A stretch of DNA of 64,000 bases from Chrysemys picta bellii (Eukaryota). Below, piece after piece: positions 1 through 12,150 of this stretch. Both the position numbers and the translations under genes were made by a program. The stretch spans positions 12,338,001 to 12,402,000 of the forward strand of contig NC_088812.1 in the NCBI RefSeq assembly GCF_011386835.1, given 5' to 3'. Every line of letters starts with the position of its first letter. The first letter of the stretch is position 1. Under the pieces are notes generated by a model. That model saw only the letters and a list, made by a program, of their open reading frames with translations. It did no database searches and was not told the DNA's origin.

Positions 1-1339
1 GGAGAGGAGAATGGGGCTCTGGACAGCCCAAGAACCGTCCATCGTACGGACAGCCCAGGCCACGCCAGGAAACGCAGCCCCAGAGCCGGGACTCGGAAGG
101 ATCAAAGCTGGAAGCAGCGAAGAAGGGGAAGGAATGAGAGAGAAGTCAAGGCCCCGCTGCCCATCCCCGGGTGTAGAAGAGGCTGATGAACGGTCCTGGC
201 TCATCCTGGGAAGGGAAACGTGCAGCCCACTGTATTAAAATTGGGACAAGCCTGCAAAATTCAAGAGTGGTGGGGACCCTCCTTGTCTCCCCCCAAGAGG
301 TAGCTGCACCCTTGGGGCCAGCCCTCCTCCAGAAGATCCGAGTGGATGGTCAGGTCATTCTCAGTTTACATAATGGGTGGGGCCAAGGAGGGAGCACTAT
401 CTCCAGAGAGATGAAGGGACTGGCCCAAGTCCTCCCAGGCAGCCGGTGGCAGAGCTAGGAACTGAATCCAGATCTCCAGAGTCCCAGTTCACCGGCCTTA
501 ATCTTGGCCTTTTCTGTCTTGACCTAATTCCAACCCGGCTAATTCCATTCTGCCTTCCTAACATCCTCCTGAAGAGTCAATCAGCTATAGGATTCTCCGC
601 CACTTCCTGTCCTAAACTTGCTGGGTGCTGTTAAACAGCTGATGCATCCTGCCCCAGAGGTGGCTGCATTTCAGCTGTTGCTTGGATACAGCCACAAGGC
701 CGCCGGGCTCATTCTGATAGGATCTAAACGAAAACAGAAAACAGAGTTAGTGTTTCACTTGTCTCTTTTGTCTGGGATCTATTTTCCTGACACTTATTCT
801 GGGTCCTTTCCCTGTGGCGTGTAACTGATGCTAATCACAAGCTCACTAACTCAGCTCCCACCGGCGGTTTCAGCACAAAGGGAGGACGCTGCATCCACAC
901 ATTGTCCTGCCGACTCAATTCACAACGTGCCGTGACAAAGCAACACCGGACTGCGGCAGAACTTCACCACCATCCCACAGCGTGGCACAGCTGCCCGGGA
1001 AAGTAATGCCACCGAGCCTGGGGATGTTCAAAAGGCAGCTCTGACATCGTCACGGCTTCAGGGGGCAGCGTGGGAAAGACACGTCAGATTCCGTCACCGC
1101 GTCCCATCACAATGCGTTAGTGGTGGCGTCAGAAACGTCACCGCTCTGGCAACAGGGTCTCGCATGGCGCTGTGTGTGATGTGCCTCGGTAACACCACCT
1201 CCGAACACGTCACTGTATTGCCTCAAAACACCCCGGCTCCATGCCAGCCCCGGGGCCAACCACCACCCTGCTGGGTCAGTCCCCACCCCGGGCACAGAGG
1301 AGGCACGCCATGTCCCACCACCCCCGTGCAAAACGCCCC

Positions 1340-1980
1340 TGTAACAAAGCGGCCTCTGGCAGGACACTACTGAGAGTATCAATTCAGGACAAATTGCTTA
1401 GAGCAGGGCAGTCACCGCCCCTTTGCACACCAAACCAGCCAAACAAAGAGGACTTCGGTTTTACCCCACTGGCTAACCACAGTTCACACAAGCAATTCCC
1501 TTAGACACTTCAGTTTCCTAATATCACCACCAGTGCCACTCGTCATGGGGACGAATGGTTCTGAAAACCAATACCCCAGTAAAAGAGAAAAGTTCTCCTG
1601 ATTCCAAAGGACCAAGCCCCAGACCCAGGTCAATATACCCAGTTAGATCTTACCCACAAATCATGCTGTTGCCAATCCTTTAGAATCTAAAGAAATAAAG
1701 ATGAGAGCTAGAATTGGTTAAATGGAATCAATTACATACAGGAATGGCAAAGTTCTTGGTTCAGGCTTGTAGCAGGGATGGAATAAACTGCAGGTTCAAA
1801 TCAAGTCTCTGGAACATCCCCAGCTGGGATGGGTCCTTCAGCTCAGAGCTTCAGTGTAGCAAAGTCCCTCCAGAGGTCAGAAGCAGGATTGAAGACACAA
1901 TGGAGATGATGCAGCTCCCTTCAATAGCTATTGTATCCATACAAGCTCTGGCAAATGTTTGGAACCCAATTAACATGTAG
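1340..1980. mobile_element. LTR-like repeat fragment
   Basis: AT-richer than its surroundings, begins TGTAACA and resembles turtle LTR-type interspersed repeats from recollection. No TSD confirmed; the right boundary is approximate. Confidence 0.35.
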
Positions 1981-2133
1981 AAATGAATGTTGTCCATAGT
2001 ACAGGAATTTTGGCATTTAGCCGTGAAAGCAATATGCTAGTGTGCCTCAGTTTCCCTTTTCATACAGCACATCAGGTTTGGAACGTCTTTTCCCCTGTAA
2101 AAAGTTCCAATACTGTTCACAGGCATTAACTGT

Positions 2134-2383
2134 GGGTATGTCTACACTGGAAACGTCAAAGCGCAATGTGGGCAGTGCTTTGAAGTGCGAGTGTGGTCGC
2201 GCACGAGCGCTCTCTACCAGCGCTCCTGGTAATCCACCTCCACGAGGGGAACAGCTCCGAGCGCTGGGAGCCTGTCCACACCAGTGCTTAAAAGCGCTCA
2301 GACTTGCTGCGCTCAGGGGGTGATTTTTCACACCCCTGAGCCAGCATGTTAGAGTGCTATAAAATGTAAGTGTAGACAAGCCC
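2134..2383. mobile_element. PIF/Harbinger-like MITE
   Basis: TIRs GGGTATGTCTACACT ... AGTGTAGACAAGCCC with a 3-bp target duplication TGT (2131-2133 / 2384-2386). Confidence 0.7.
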
Positions 2384-3689
2384 TGTGAAACATCAGTATC
2401 ACAAGGTCTTTTAACATACTGTGTTCTTATTCATCACTCTTAATGTGTTCAAGGGATTTTCCAAAAGATTAGGCACATTGTATATTTTTACAATTCTTGA
2501 TATTAGCAAAACATTCGTTCAAAAATCACCATTAGCAATAACAACAAATCCATTGAAGTGTCCATCTACAATCATGTTTGTCATGCCACACCTTAATACC
2601 ATTGGGGTTTGGGTCTTTTAGGGTTACCCTGTGGCTTCCCTTTGCAAAATTAAGTTTTCCTTTTTCTTCTTGTCCTGTAAAGCAAGTTTTTCTTCTCTCT
2701 GTCAGCCAGGTAATGTGCATCAACACAGACACTAGCTTGTTCACCAGCTTTCAGATCCTTAACTGCTACCAATTCCAAGGCTGGACTCTGGACCACACAA
2801 ATCCAAAGAGTCTGAGCGTGAGCGTTTGCTTGCTCTCCCCTGCATCCTTAAGCATTCAGCCATAAAACTGTTCTGCTCTGAAACCCCTGTCCTCAGACCC
2901 TGAAGCACAGACTGTTCGCTCACAGAATCAGCATGGAGACATTCCTGTTCCAACACCATTGTCTTCCCAACAAGCTGGCCAAACCCAGCCACTTGGTTCC
3001 ACTTCCTTAGCAGCTCTTACTCCATCTGAGACCTTCTCAAAGCTAATCACACGGGATCTCTCAAAAGGAAAGTCAGTGGATCCATTCACAACAGAACATT
3101 TCTGGCTGTTAGGAACTGAAACTTCCTGGATTAAATCACTCCCACAGCCTTCAGTTGCAGCAAACTGCTTGCACAGATCACCCTGAACATTTCCCCATCA
3201 CTGGTTAACATAAGGCCATTTGCTTGTTCCTCCACCATTCACAGCACCTTTCAAAGAGAGATGAATACCGAGATTGATAGGATCTCCCTTTGACCTCTGA
3301 ATGACCAGAATACAGCATAGACAGGGACTGTTGATTACGATCCTACTCATACATATGTAAAGACCCAAAACCACAAACATTCTCTCCCCACATGTCTTTT
3401 GAGGGTTATTTATTTTGCAGGATGTTTAACCCTTTCCAGCCAGGCGTTGTCACACCCCCAGCGTGAGACTGGTGTGGAAGGGCGAAATCAGAGCTCCTGG
3501 AGACACTTTAAGGCCATTCTAAGGTTGCTATGAGCTGGGTTTACACTGTGTGAGGCCAAATGAGTGAGGCGCGCTTGCCAGAAACTCAGTCCAGACTCTG
3601 TGAAACGTTTCAGGGACTCCGGGGTCTGGTCTGTGTGTCGACTTAACATAGCCATTAATGTTCTTCAGCGAGCGCTGACTCTGGCCACA

Positions 3690-4120
3690 TCACGCCCCCC
3701 GCCAGTGCCAAACACCCTCCCCCGCATCACCCCCCCCCAGTGCAAACCCCCCCCGGCCACCCCCCCACTGCATCACACCCCCCCAGTGTCAACCACCCCC
3801 CGCCACCTCCCCACTGCATCACACACACCCCAATGCCAACCCCCCCCGCCACCCGCCACTGCATCACACACACCCAGTGCCAACCACCCCCTGCCACCCC
3901 CCATTGCATCACCCCCCCCAGTACCAACCACCCCCCACCACATCACCCTCCCGGCCACCCCCCACTGCATCACACCCCCCCAAGTGCCAACCCCCCCCCG
4001 GCCACCCCCCCACTGCATCACACCCCCCCAAGTGCCAACCCCCCCCGGCCACCCCCCCACTGCATCACACCCCCCCAAGTGCCAACCACCCCACCCCCCC
4101 CGGTGCCAGGGGGCGACATC
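3690..4120. repeat. C/A-rich minisatellite (~40-45 bp unit)
   Basis: Recurring cccccactgcatcacacccccccaagtgccaacccccccc units directly upstream of the BLOC1S1 promoter. Confidence 0.85.
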
Positions 4121-4620
4121 CCCCTCCCCTCCCGCGCCCCCGCTCTGGCCCCGTAGGCCCCCGCCCTCGTCGCGGGGGGCGGGGCCGCGGGGTCACGTGG
4201 CGGCGCAGTCACATGACCCCGCGCGCGGAGCGGCGCGGCCCGGCCCGGCTATGCTGTCCCGGCTGCTGCGCGAGCACCAGGCCAAACAGAGCGAGCGGAG
4301 GGAGCAGCAAGGTGAGAGCCCGGGGGGAGGGCTCCCGGCGTCTCCATGGCAACCTGCTCCCCCCCCCCCGGACCGGATTCCTATTGGCCCGGGCGGCCGT
4401 CACTCTGGGGGGCTGGACCTGCCTGTCCGCGTCGCGCCAGGCTTCGGGATCGCCATGGCGCCGCGTGATGACGTCACGCTCGTGACCTCACTGTTCGGGG
4501 GTGACCCCGTTACTCTTCTCGTGGCGTCATCTCGTGACGTCACCCTCGAGAGCGGCCGTGGCCCCTCTGGTGTCGTGTACCCCCCAGCTGGGGGTGGGGG
4601 GCTGGACCCTGCTTTGCGGT
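4100..4620 (+). promoter_or_regulatory. BLOC1S1 CpG-island promoter / exon 1 region
   Basis: CpG-dense. GTCACGTG 4192-4199, GTCACATGAC 4208-4217, X-box-like GTCTCCATGGCAAC 4340-4353, full CRE TGACGTCA at 4469-4476 and 4535-4542. Confidence 0.75.
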
Positions 4621-7600
4621 GGGGAAACTGAGGCACGGAGCGGGGGAGCGACTCGGATCAGTGGCAGGGCTGGAGTCGGAACCCAGGTGTCCTGAGCCCG
4701 GGCGGCCCTGCTCTGACCCCCCCGAGCCGCTCGCCCCCCCCCCCCCGAGCCAGGATAGAGCGGAGACTCCTAGACTGGCAGGGTGGGAAGGGACCTCAGG
4801 GGGTATCGAGTCCAACCCCTGCTCAAAGCAGGACCAACCCCAACTAACTCATCCCAGCCAGGGCTTGGTCAAGCCGGGCCTTAAACACCTCTAAGGATGG
4901 AGATCCCACCACCTCCCTAGGGAACCCATTCCAGTGCTTCACCACCCTCCTAGTGAAATAGTTTTTCCTAATATCCAACCTAAACCTCCCCCACTGCAAC
5001 TTGAGACCATTGCTCATTGTTCTGTCATCTGCCACCACTGAGAACAGCCGAGCTCCATCCTCTTTGGAACCCCCCTTCAGGTAGTTGAAGGCTGCTATCA
5101 AATCCCCCCTCATTCTTCTCTTCTGCAAACTAAATAACCCCAGTTCCCTCAGCCTCTCCTCGTAAGTCATGTGCTCCAGACCCCTAATCATTTTCATTGC
5201 CCTCCGCTGGACTCTCTCCAATTTATCCACATCCTTCTTGTAGTGTGGGGCCCAAAACTGGACACAGTACTCCAGATGAGGCCTCACCAATGCTGAATAG
5301 AGGGGAACTATCACGTCCCTCGATCTGCTGGTAATACTCCTACTAATGCAGCCCAACATGCCATTGGCCTTCTTGGCAACAAAGGCACACTGCTGACTCC
5401 TATCCAGCTTCTCGTCCACTGTGACCCCCAGGTCCTTTTCTGCAGAACTGCTGCTCAGCCAGTGGGTCCCCAGCCTGTAGCGACTCCAAGGAGTTGTGGT
5501 GGGACGCCGACAGACGCCGGTCGGCGGCGGATAGGATCGAACCTGGGACCTCTGGAGCTTAGTGCTTGATCTAAAAGGCATCTGGCTGTTAGCTACGGCT
5601 GGAGAGCAGACTCAATCTCGCTCTCTCGTGGTGTCGGTGCAGAACCCCACACCCTGGAGGTGTGTGGGTTACGCTGGCTCCTGTAATCCCCGAGACCCTG
5701 CTGGCCTCCCAGAGCCGGGGGTAGAACCTAGGAGTCCTAGCTCCCGTTTCCCTCCCTCCGCCCGGACTAACCACCAGATCCCGCGCCCGCTAGCGCTGTA
5801 CAAATACCTTCTCGTTACCTGAGCTTTGACAGCGTTTCCCAGGCGACGCAGACACCTCGAAGGACGAGCTTGGCCCTTGTCACCCCAGAGCTCCCTGCTC
5901 CCGCTGAGCGCCTGGGATGGGGGACGTGCCGCCGCCGCTCACGGGGATCAGCCCAGCCTCGTCTCCAGGAACTCCTGCCATTGCACAAGCTGGTCTGCGC
6001 GGTTGCGACTTCAGGATCAATGCTGGCGGGGCGACGTCTGTAAAGGGGCAGTTGGTTTGGGCCCCCCCTCCCTCCCCACAGTACAAACACTGAGGCACTC
6101 GAGCCTTTCCCTTGCAGAGCGGAGACGGCGAGAGGCCATTGCTGCGGCCACGTGCCTGACTGAGGCCCTGACGGACCACCTGAACGTAGGGTGAGTGGCC
6201 GAGCCGCCCGGCAGCATCGGGAAGAGCGTGTCCTGCCCGGCGCACGGTGACGGCATTTCCCCGGGGCCTCCCCAGGGCTGGGCAGGGAGTTCCGGGGAAG
6301 CAGTGAGTGGCACTACATAGGCTTGGCGACTGAACTGCCCCTGGCCCCTAGGCATAGTCCCTGTGGGGGCAGGGGGCAGCCTGGCAATGGGGTACGAAAC
6401 CTTTCGTCCAGGTCGTCCCACCCAGGCAGACAGCAACCCGTTGATGGCTGTTTAGTGGCCTGAGTGTCATGAGTTCGCAGGCCTCAGAGCACAGCGAAGT
6501 GGGGATAGCGATGTGCTTTTGGGGTGTGGCCCCTTCACGCCACAAAGACCAAGCACTGACTGGGGTCCAGCCCCCGCTGCCACCCAGGGTGGGGGAAGCT
6601 GGGTGGGGGCGGGGTACAGCCCTGGGGGTCGTGGGCCTGTGGTCCCCAGGGCTCCGAACCCTGCACCTCTCACTGAAATTCATGCTCTGGATTTGCGGCC
6701 CAGGCCAATGGCAGGGTCCGGCTTTGTGTGTGGCTCCGGGGCCTATCGCCCTGGGCTCTGCTTGGCCCCCCCCCCTTGGCGCTAGCTGGGGCTGCGTAAT
6801 CCTCTGAAAACCGTAGCCCGCAAAGACTCCTCAGCGCCCCCGAACGGGGCAGCTCCCTGCCAGTCCCTGGCCAAGATCCCGCTCCCCTGACTGCGGGAAG
6901 CGGCTCGGCAGAGGGAACTTTGCGGCCGTGTTCCCAGCAGGGATGTGACTCTGCTCATCGGGCAGCGAGCTGGCTTCTGGGCAGCTGGCTTTTCCCTCCA
7001 TGGGCACCCGCCCAGGGGCCTCTCCCTCAGGGCTGATAATGGCTGGTTCCCTCCCGGCCAAGGCCTGCAAGGGTTCGGTTGCAAAGGCTTTGGTCAGCGT
7101 CGTGGTGCGGGTTCCCTGGCGGGCTCCAAGAGAGAGCAGGGCTCTCCCCCTTTGCCGCCAGGCAGGCTGCCCCTTCTCCAAGCACCCGCAGCCTTCCAGG
7201 GCGGGCTGGCTGCAGGGCAGGGCTGAGGAGCCGGGGGCCTGCTGCCAGCGCTCCATGCCCTTGGGCTCTGGGCGTTACCTGGCCCCCGGGAGCCTCCTGC
7301 CACACAGACACGTCTAAGGTGGGCTCCTCCCCAGGCGCGTCTCTGCAGAGGGGGCTCTGTCTGTTCCGGCTCCCCAGCCGAGCTGGGTCGGGCACACCAG
7401 CCGCTGTACCCGTGACGGGCACGCAGCCCCACGCCGGGCCAGACCCTGGGGAAAGTAAGCTCCGTCCCTGGCATGAAACGAACATGCTGGTCTCAGCCCT
7501 GTTCCCGGTGGCCCTGCCAGGCGCCTCCTGGTGGTGGTCCCAGCAGAAAGGCCAAAGCACCCTGGGGAGGGGCTGGGAGCTTCAGAGGCAGTGGGGCTAG

Positions 7601-10600
7601 TGGCTAGAGCAGGGCGGCTAGGAGGGCAGGACTCCTGGGTCCCCTCGCTGCTGCCCCACTGTGCGAGTCCCTCTCCTGTGCCTGCATTCCCTGCCTGGCT
7701 GCGAGGGTGACTGCCCTGCCGCCCATACCGCGCGCGAGGAAGCTAGCCCGGCCCACATGCCTCCCCCAGCCCGTGCCCCACGGCCCATGCCCCAGAACTC
7801 AGTGCCTGGCACACCCCCTCCAGCTGTCGGGCTGGATCCCTTCCCCGCTCCAGGAGCCCTGTTGCATTCTGGGCACACCGGGTGTCCTGCGTGCGGCCTG
7901 GCCTGAGGAGAACCCGACGCTCCCAGGGCCTGGTAATGGGTCCCAGATGCTGCCAAGCCGCTAAGCTGCTCCGGCTTGGGAACTTCCCCGGCCAGAGACT
8001 CCCAGCGCCTGCCTCCGCCCCCACTCCGGGGCGTGCTCCTCCGGGGCCTGCCCCGGCCTGGGCCTCTGGATCCCGGCCAGCCGCTGCTGGGGCTGCCGGC
8101 GCTGAAGGGGGCGATACGGGGGGCAGGGTGTATGTCCCCGGGCGGGGCGGCCGGCGGGGGGGCGATACGGGGGGCAGGGTGTATGTCCCCGTGCGGGGCG
8201 GCCGGCGGGGGGGCGATACGGGGGGCAGGGTGTATGTCCCCGTGCGGGGCGGCCGGCGGGGGGCGATACGGGGGGCAGGGTGTATGTCCCTGTGTGGGGG
8301 GGGAGAGGGGGCCGTTCCCGGGGCCTGGCTGATCCCCCCCCCCCTGCCCTGCCCAGGGTGGCCCAGGCCTATGTGAACCAGAGAAAGTTGGACCATGAGG
8401 TGAAGACGCTGCAGATCCAAGCTGCCCAGTTCGCCAAGCAGACGGGCCAGTGGATCAACATGGTGGAGAACTTCAACCAGGCGCTCAAGGTCAGTGCGCC
8501 CGGGACGCCCTTGGGGGGCGGATCTCCTGCCCAGCTGCCCCCCGCCCTGCCCCGAGGGCAGAGAAACCCCCTCGCCCAGGTGCCCTCCTGCCTCCAGCCC
8601 AGGGCTGGGAAAGGGTCCCCCAAGGGTCTCCGGTCAGCTGGCGGGAGGGGGCTCTGATTTCCCTGGGGCGCTCGGCCGTTGGGGGTGGGGATGGTGTGGA
8701 GCAGGGGGGTGGCACCGTGCTGGGGGAGGCAGCTGGTTGGTGCCAGTTTCTGTTGACACCGGCCTGCCCCCCCCCCCAGGGCCTTGGCCTTCTGCCTGTG
8801 CCCCCATCACGCTGGCATTGGCACCACCGCCGCCCTCTCCCGCCACTGCCAGATCAGAGCTGTTTGGTCTCCCTCCGGCCTCCCCACAGCACTCGCTCCA
8901 GGGCAGAGAATCGGCCCATTGAGCCTGGCTTGGCCTGAGCCCTCAAAGCCGGCATTGTGCCCACCGGGCGTGGGGGACGGCGCTTGTCACCGCACAAAGT
9001 CAGAGCCCCCCCTCCCCCCGCTGGCGCCCGACTCCTCCCCTTCGCCCACCCAGCAGGGCTGGCATGGCCGTATGCCCAGCACCTCCTCCCCTGGCCTCGC
9101 CCACCTGCAGCCTCGGCGCCGGACATACCGACATGCCAGGAGTGTTCCCTGCCACTGCGGAGTGGCTGCTTGGCTTCACGCCGCTGGGGGCCAGGTCCTG
9201 CCCACGCTGGCTCCGGGGCCCTGCACCACTGGGCACGGGTGCAATGTGTGGAGCAGCGTCAGCTCCCCGGGTGCAAGGAATGGATGGTTCAGCACGACGG
9301 GCATTGTGTGCTCAGGAGGCGTTCAGCTGGGCTAGCAGGGGCTGTGGGTCGGGAGTGAGGGGCACCGGCAGGGCTGGGGGGCTGCAGGTCGGGAGTGAGG
9401 GGCACCGGCAGGGCTGTGGGGGGGGCCAGGGCTGGGCTAGCAGGGGCTGCGGGTTGGGAGTGAGGGGCACCGGCAGGGTGGGGGGGCTGCGGGTCGGGAG
9501 TGAGGGGCACCGGCAGGGTGGGGGGGCTGCGGGTCGGGAGTGAGGGGCACCGGCAGAGCTGGGGGGGGACCCCCGGGTAGCTCCCCCTGCTGGTCACTCA
9601 GCTGCTGTGCATGGTGCTGAACGGGGGAAGGGCGCCACCTGCTGGTCAATGTTGTACTTAAAGTCCTGCACAGGATCTTTTCAGGGGGAATAAGACAAAA
9701 CGCCACATTTATTAGTAATACATGTATTTATTAACACTGTATTATATGCATATAATATATTACACTTACACTCACACACACACAAACACACTCCGTCTTG
9801 TTGTTACCAATTAGTTGCTCCCCTTAACTTCACTGGCCAGGTGAGTTAGATGGGTGAGGGGGTGGAGCCGGGCTTCTGCCGATCCGGATCGATGCTCCCA
9901 TGTTGACAAGACGAGACCCGGGGTCCTCTGCAAGACACCTCACTTTTATAGCAGCTTTCCTCTTATGCAAATCTAGACCAGATTCAAACTCTGTGTCTGT
10001 GTCCATTGGTCCTTTGTGCTGCTTTCTTTTGAGTGTTGTCCCAATGCTGCAAAGAGGGTGTTTCCAAAAGAAGGTGCTTGCTTCTAACCCCCGAGGCCGT
10101 CGGTATGTCTGCTTGTCTTTAATGAGCCCACTTGACACGTTTGATTGTCCTTGGGTCTGGCTCCCAGCCCCTCTCCAACAGTTGAGGCTGTCTGGAGGTG
10201 CTGCCTTCCATGCCTTGCTCATCCACACCTCATTCATTCAACAGGGCAATTGATTAAGGGGGGGGGGGGAGAGCTCTTGTTCTACTGCTAGCAAAAAGAA
10301 GAACAGGAGTACTTGTGGCACCTTAGAGACTAACAAATTTATTAGAGCATAAGCTTTCGTGGACTACAGCCCACTTCTTCCGAAGTGTAGTCCACGAAAG
10401 CTTATGCTCTAATAAATTTGTTAGTCTCTAAGGTGCCACAAGTACTCCTGTTCTTCTTTTTGCGGATACAGACTAACACGGCTGTTACTCTGAAACCTGC
10501 TAGCAAAAATAAATTTTTCTTCTATCTTATTCTATCCTTAGGGGCTATAATATTCTACCAAGGGCAATGCAAAGTTTCTAAATGAGGCTTTGATACAAAG

Positions 10601-11222
10601 TCCCATGAAAACAGAGGTCACACGTGGGTAGACCCACCACAAGGTTATATGAAGAGGCACAATGTAAAGTCATATGAAAATTATCAGAGATTTATCTACA
10701 TTGTTGTGGCGTTCTGCCTTATTCCCCCTAAAAAGATCCTGTGCAGTACTTTAAGTACAACATCAGAGGGGAGAACTGCGCCTGGGCACAGGCAGCCCCA
10801 GCGTGTGGGCCCCATGGGCTGGGGACCGGGGGCCAGGGCCGGCTCCAGCATTTCTGCTGCCCCAAGCAAAACAAAAACAAAAAAGCCGCGATCGGCGGCG
10901 GCAGTTCGGCGGCAGGTCCTTCGCTCCTAGAGGGAGTGAGGACCTGCCGCCCCCGAATTGCCGCAGGTGCCGCCCCTCTCCCTTGGCCGCCCCAAGCACC
11001 TGCTTGTTAAGCTGGTGCCTGGAGCCGGCCCTCCCAGGCAGGGTGGTGTAGGGTGCCCGAGGCGTTGCCCAGCCCTGCAGGCTGGGCCCTGAGGTCTCCT
11101 CTGCCCGACAGGAGATTGGCGACGTGGAGAACTGGGCGCGCAGCATCGAGCTGGACATGCGGACCATCGCCACCGCCCTGGAGTACGTCTACAAGGGGCA
11201 GCTGCAGCCCTCCAGCTCCTGA
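4251..11222 (+). CDS. BLOC1S1: Biogenesis of lysosome-related organelles complex 1 subunit 1 (GCN5L1), 4 coding exons, 125 aa
   Basis: Exons 4251-4311, 6118-6190, 8357-8489 and 11112-11222, all GT-AG with consistent phases (61+73+133+111 nt). The spliced protein [64 protein letters not shown]...[36 protein letters not shown] is recognisably BLOC1S1. AATAAA at 11703-11708. Confidence 0.97.
4767..5483 (-). mobile_element. CR1 LINE, 5'-truncated 3' end
   Basis: ORF 4844-5581 encodes the CR1 ORF2 C-terminus ([30 protein letters not shown]...[21 protein letters not shown]), followed by the CR1 3' UTR. Confidence 0.92.
5485..5630 (-). mobile_element. tRNA-derived SINE fragment
   Basis: The minus strand reads gcactaagctccagaggtcccaGGTTCGATCC, a perfect Pol III B-box in a tRNA-like context. 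It abuts the CR1. Confidence 0.6.
8105..8300. repeat. ~51-bp tandem repeat (about 4 copies) in BLOC1S1 intron 2
   Basis: The unit gggcgatacggggggcagggtgtatgtccccgtgcggggcggccggcgggg repeats just upstream of exon 3. Confidence 0.85.
9325..9570. repeat. GC-rich minisatellite, GGGTCGGGAGTGAGGGGCACCGGCAG family
   Basis: Several tandem copies of the same core found at 33690-33895, 40035-41015, 60690-61650 and 62645-63230. Confidence 0.85.
9650..10762 (-). mobile_element. Solo LTR (9650-10700) with an inverted copy of its terminal 58 bp (10705-10762)
   Basis: On the minus strand: TG start at 10700, CCAAT (10005-10009), octamer ATTTGCAT (9965-9972), TATAAAA (9944-9950), AATAAA (9708-9713) and ...TACAACA end at 9650. 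9650-9707 and 10705-10762 are inverted repeats. Confidence 0.65.
10293..10496. mobile_element. Penelope-like element fragment forming a 76-bp perfect inverted repeat
   Basis: Arms 10293-10368 and 10386-10461 are exact reverse complements. The insertion is flanked by the direct repeat CTGCTAGCAAAAA (10285-10297 / 10497-10509). The Penelope assignment rests on recollection of this turtle repeat. Confidence 0.7.
10834..11033. mobile_element. hAT-type MITE
   Basis: TIRs CAGGGCCGGCTCCAG ... CTGGAGCCGGCCCT. Near-identical to the copy at 44099-44296. Confidence 0.75.
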
Positions 11223-11787
11223 GGCCCCGCCCGGCTGGAGCCCCCGCACCCCCCTGGCTGCCGGGCTCAGGACCCCCCCCCCCCCCGCTGGCCCCAGCTG
11301 CACCCCGCCCGGCACCCGCCCAGTGGGAACGGCCCAGCGGTTTGCCCCCTCGGCTGGGTGGAGGGAGCAAGGAAGAAACGAGCCGTCCTGCATTGCCTGT
11401 GTCCCTGCCCGGGGGACGGGCACCGTCCTGCCAGCCAGCGGGGGTGTTGGGAACCCCGGCCGCAGGCACTTTGCTCTGGCCCTGGGGGCTGCTGGCCCGT
11501 CTGGTGCCCTGCCCCAGGGGGGAGCCGTTGGGTGTAGGCCCTGGTGCCACCTGAGCCTCTCACTGGCCTGCAGGTCGCAGAGGGCGTCTGGGTCGGGGAG
11601 GGGGGAGACGGGATCTGCCCCCCAGCGCAGTGCTGCAGGGGGCACTGTGGGGGGCAGGGCAGGAGCACTGGCTCGGGTGGGGGGGGCTTTGCTGGGGAAT
11701 GGAATAAAATGTATCAGTTAAACCGGAGCAGGATGTGTGTCAGAGCCTCTGTAAGGGGGGAGCTGGGCGCTAAGGGGAACCCAGCCT

Positions 11788-12150
11788 CTCCCAGCAGGGG
11801 GTGCTGGTTGGGGGGGAGCTCAGCAGGGGGTGCTGTGAGGGGCGGGGCAGGAGCACTGGTTGGGGGGGCTCCCAGCAGGGGGTGCTGTGAGGGGTGGGGC
11901 AGGGTGCTGGTCGTGGGGGAGCTCAGCAGGGGGTGCTGTGAGGGGCGGGGCAGGAGCACTGGTTGGGGGGGCTCCCAGCAGGGGGTGCTGTGGGGGGCGG
12001 GGCAGGAGTGCTGGCTCGGGGGCTCCCAGCAGGGGGTGCTGTGGGGGCAGGGCAGGGTGCTGGTCGGGGGGGGAGCTCAGCAGGGGGTGCTGCGAGGGGC
12101 GGAGCAGGAGCGCAGGCTGGGGGGGCTCCCAGCAGGGGGCGCTGTGGGGG
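11788..12150. repeat. ~51-bp tandem repeat with CTCF-like core (8 copies)
   Basis: C(C/T)CAGCAGGGGG(T/C)GCTG at ~11790, 11819, 11871, 11922, 11974, 12025, 12076 and 12128. Confidence 0.85.

Noticed and set aside
1-1300. Possible ITGA7 exon/promoter expected from human synteny
   Set aside because: No integrin-like peptide or convincing splice structure recognised.
2560-3400. Possible LTR-like repeat (AT-richer block)
   Set aside because: Could not identify TG..CA ends, a TSD or diagnostic motifs with confidence.
3564-4631. 355-aa Pro-rich ORF overlapping BLOC1S1 exon 1
   Set aside because: Translation of a C-rich minisatellite running into exon 1; the real start is ATG 4251.
5485-5630. tRNA gene
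   Set aside because: A B-box is present but there is no full cloverleaf; the context fits a SINE fragment.
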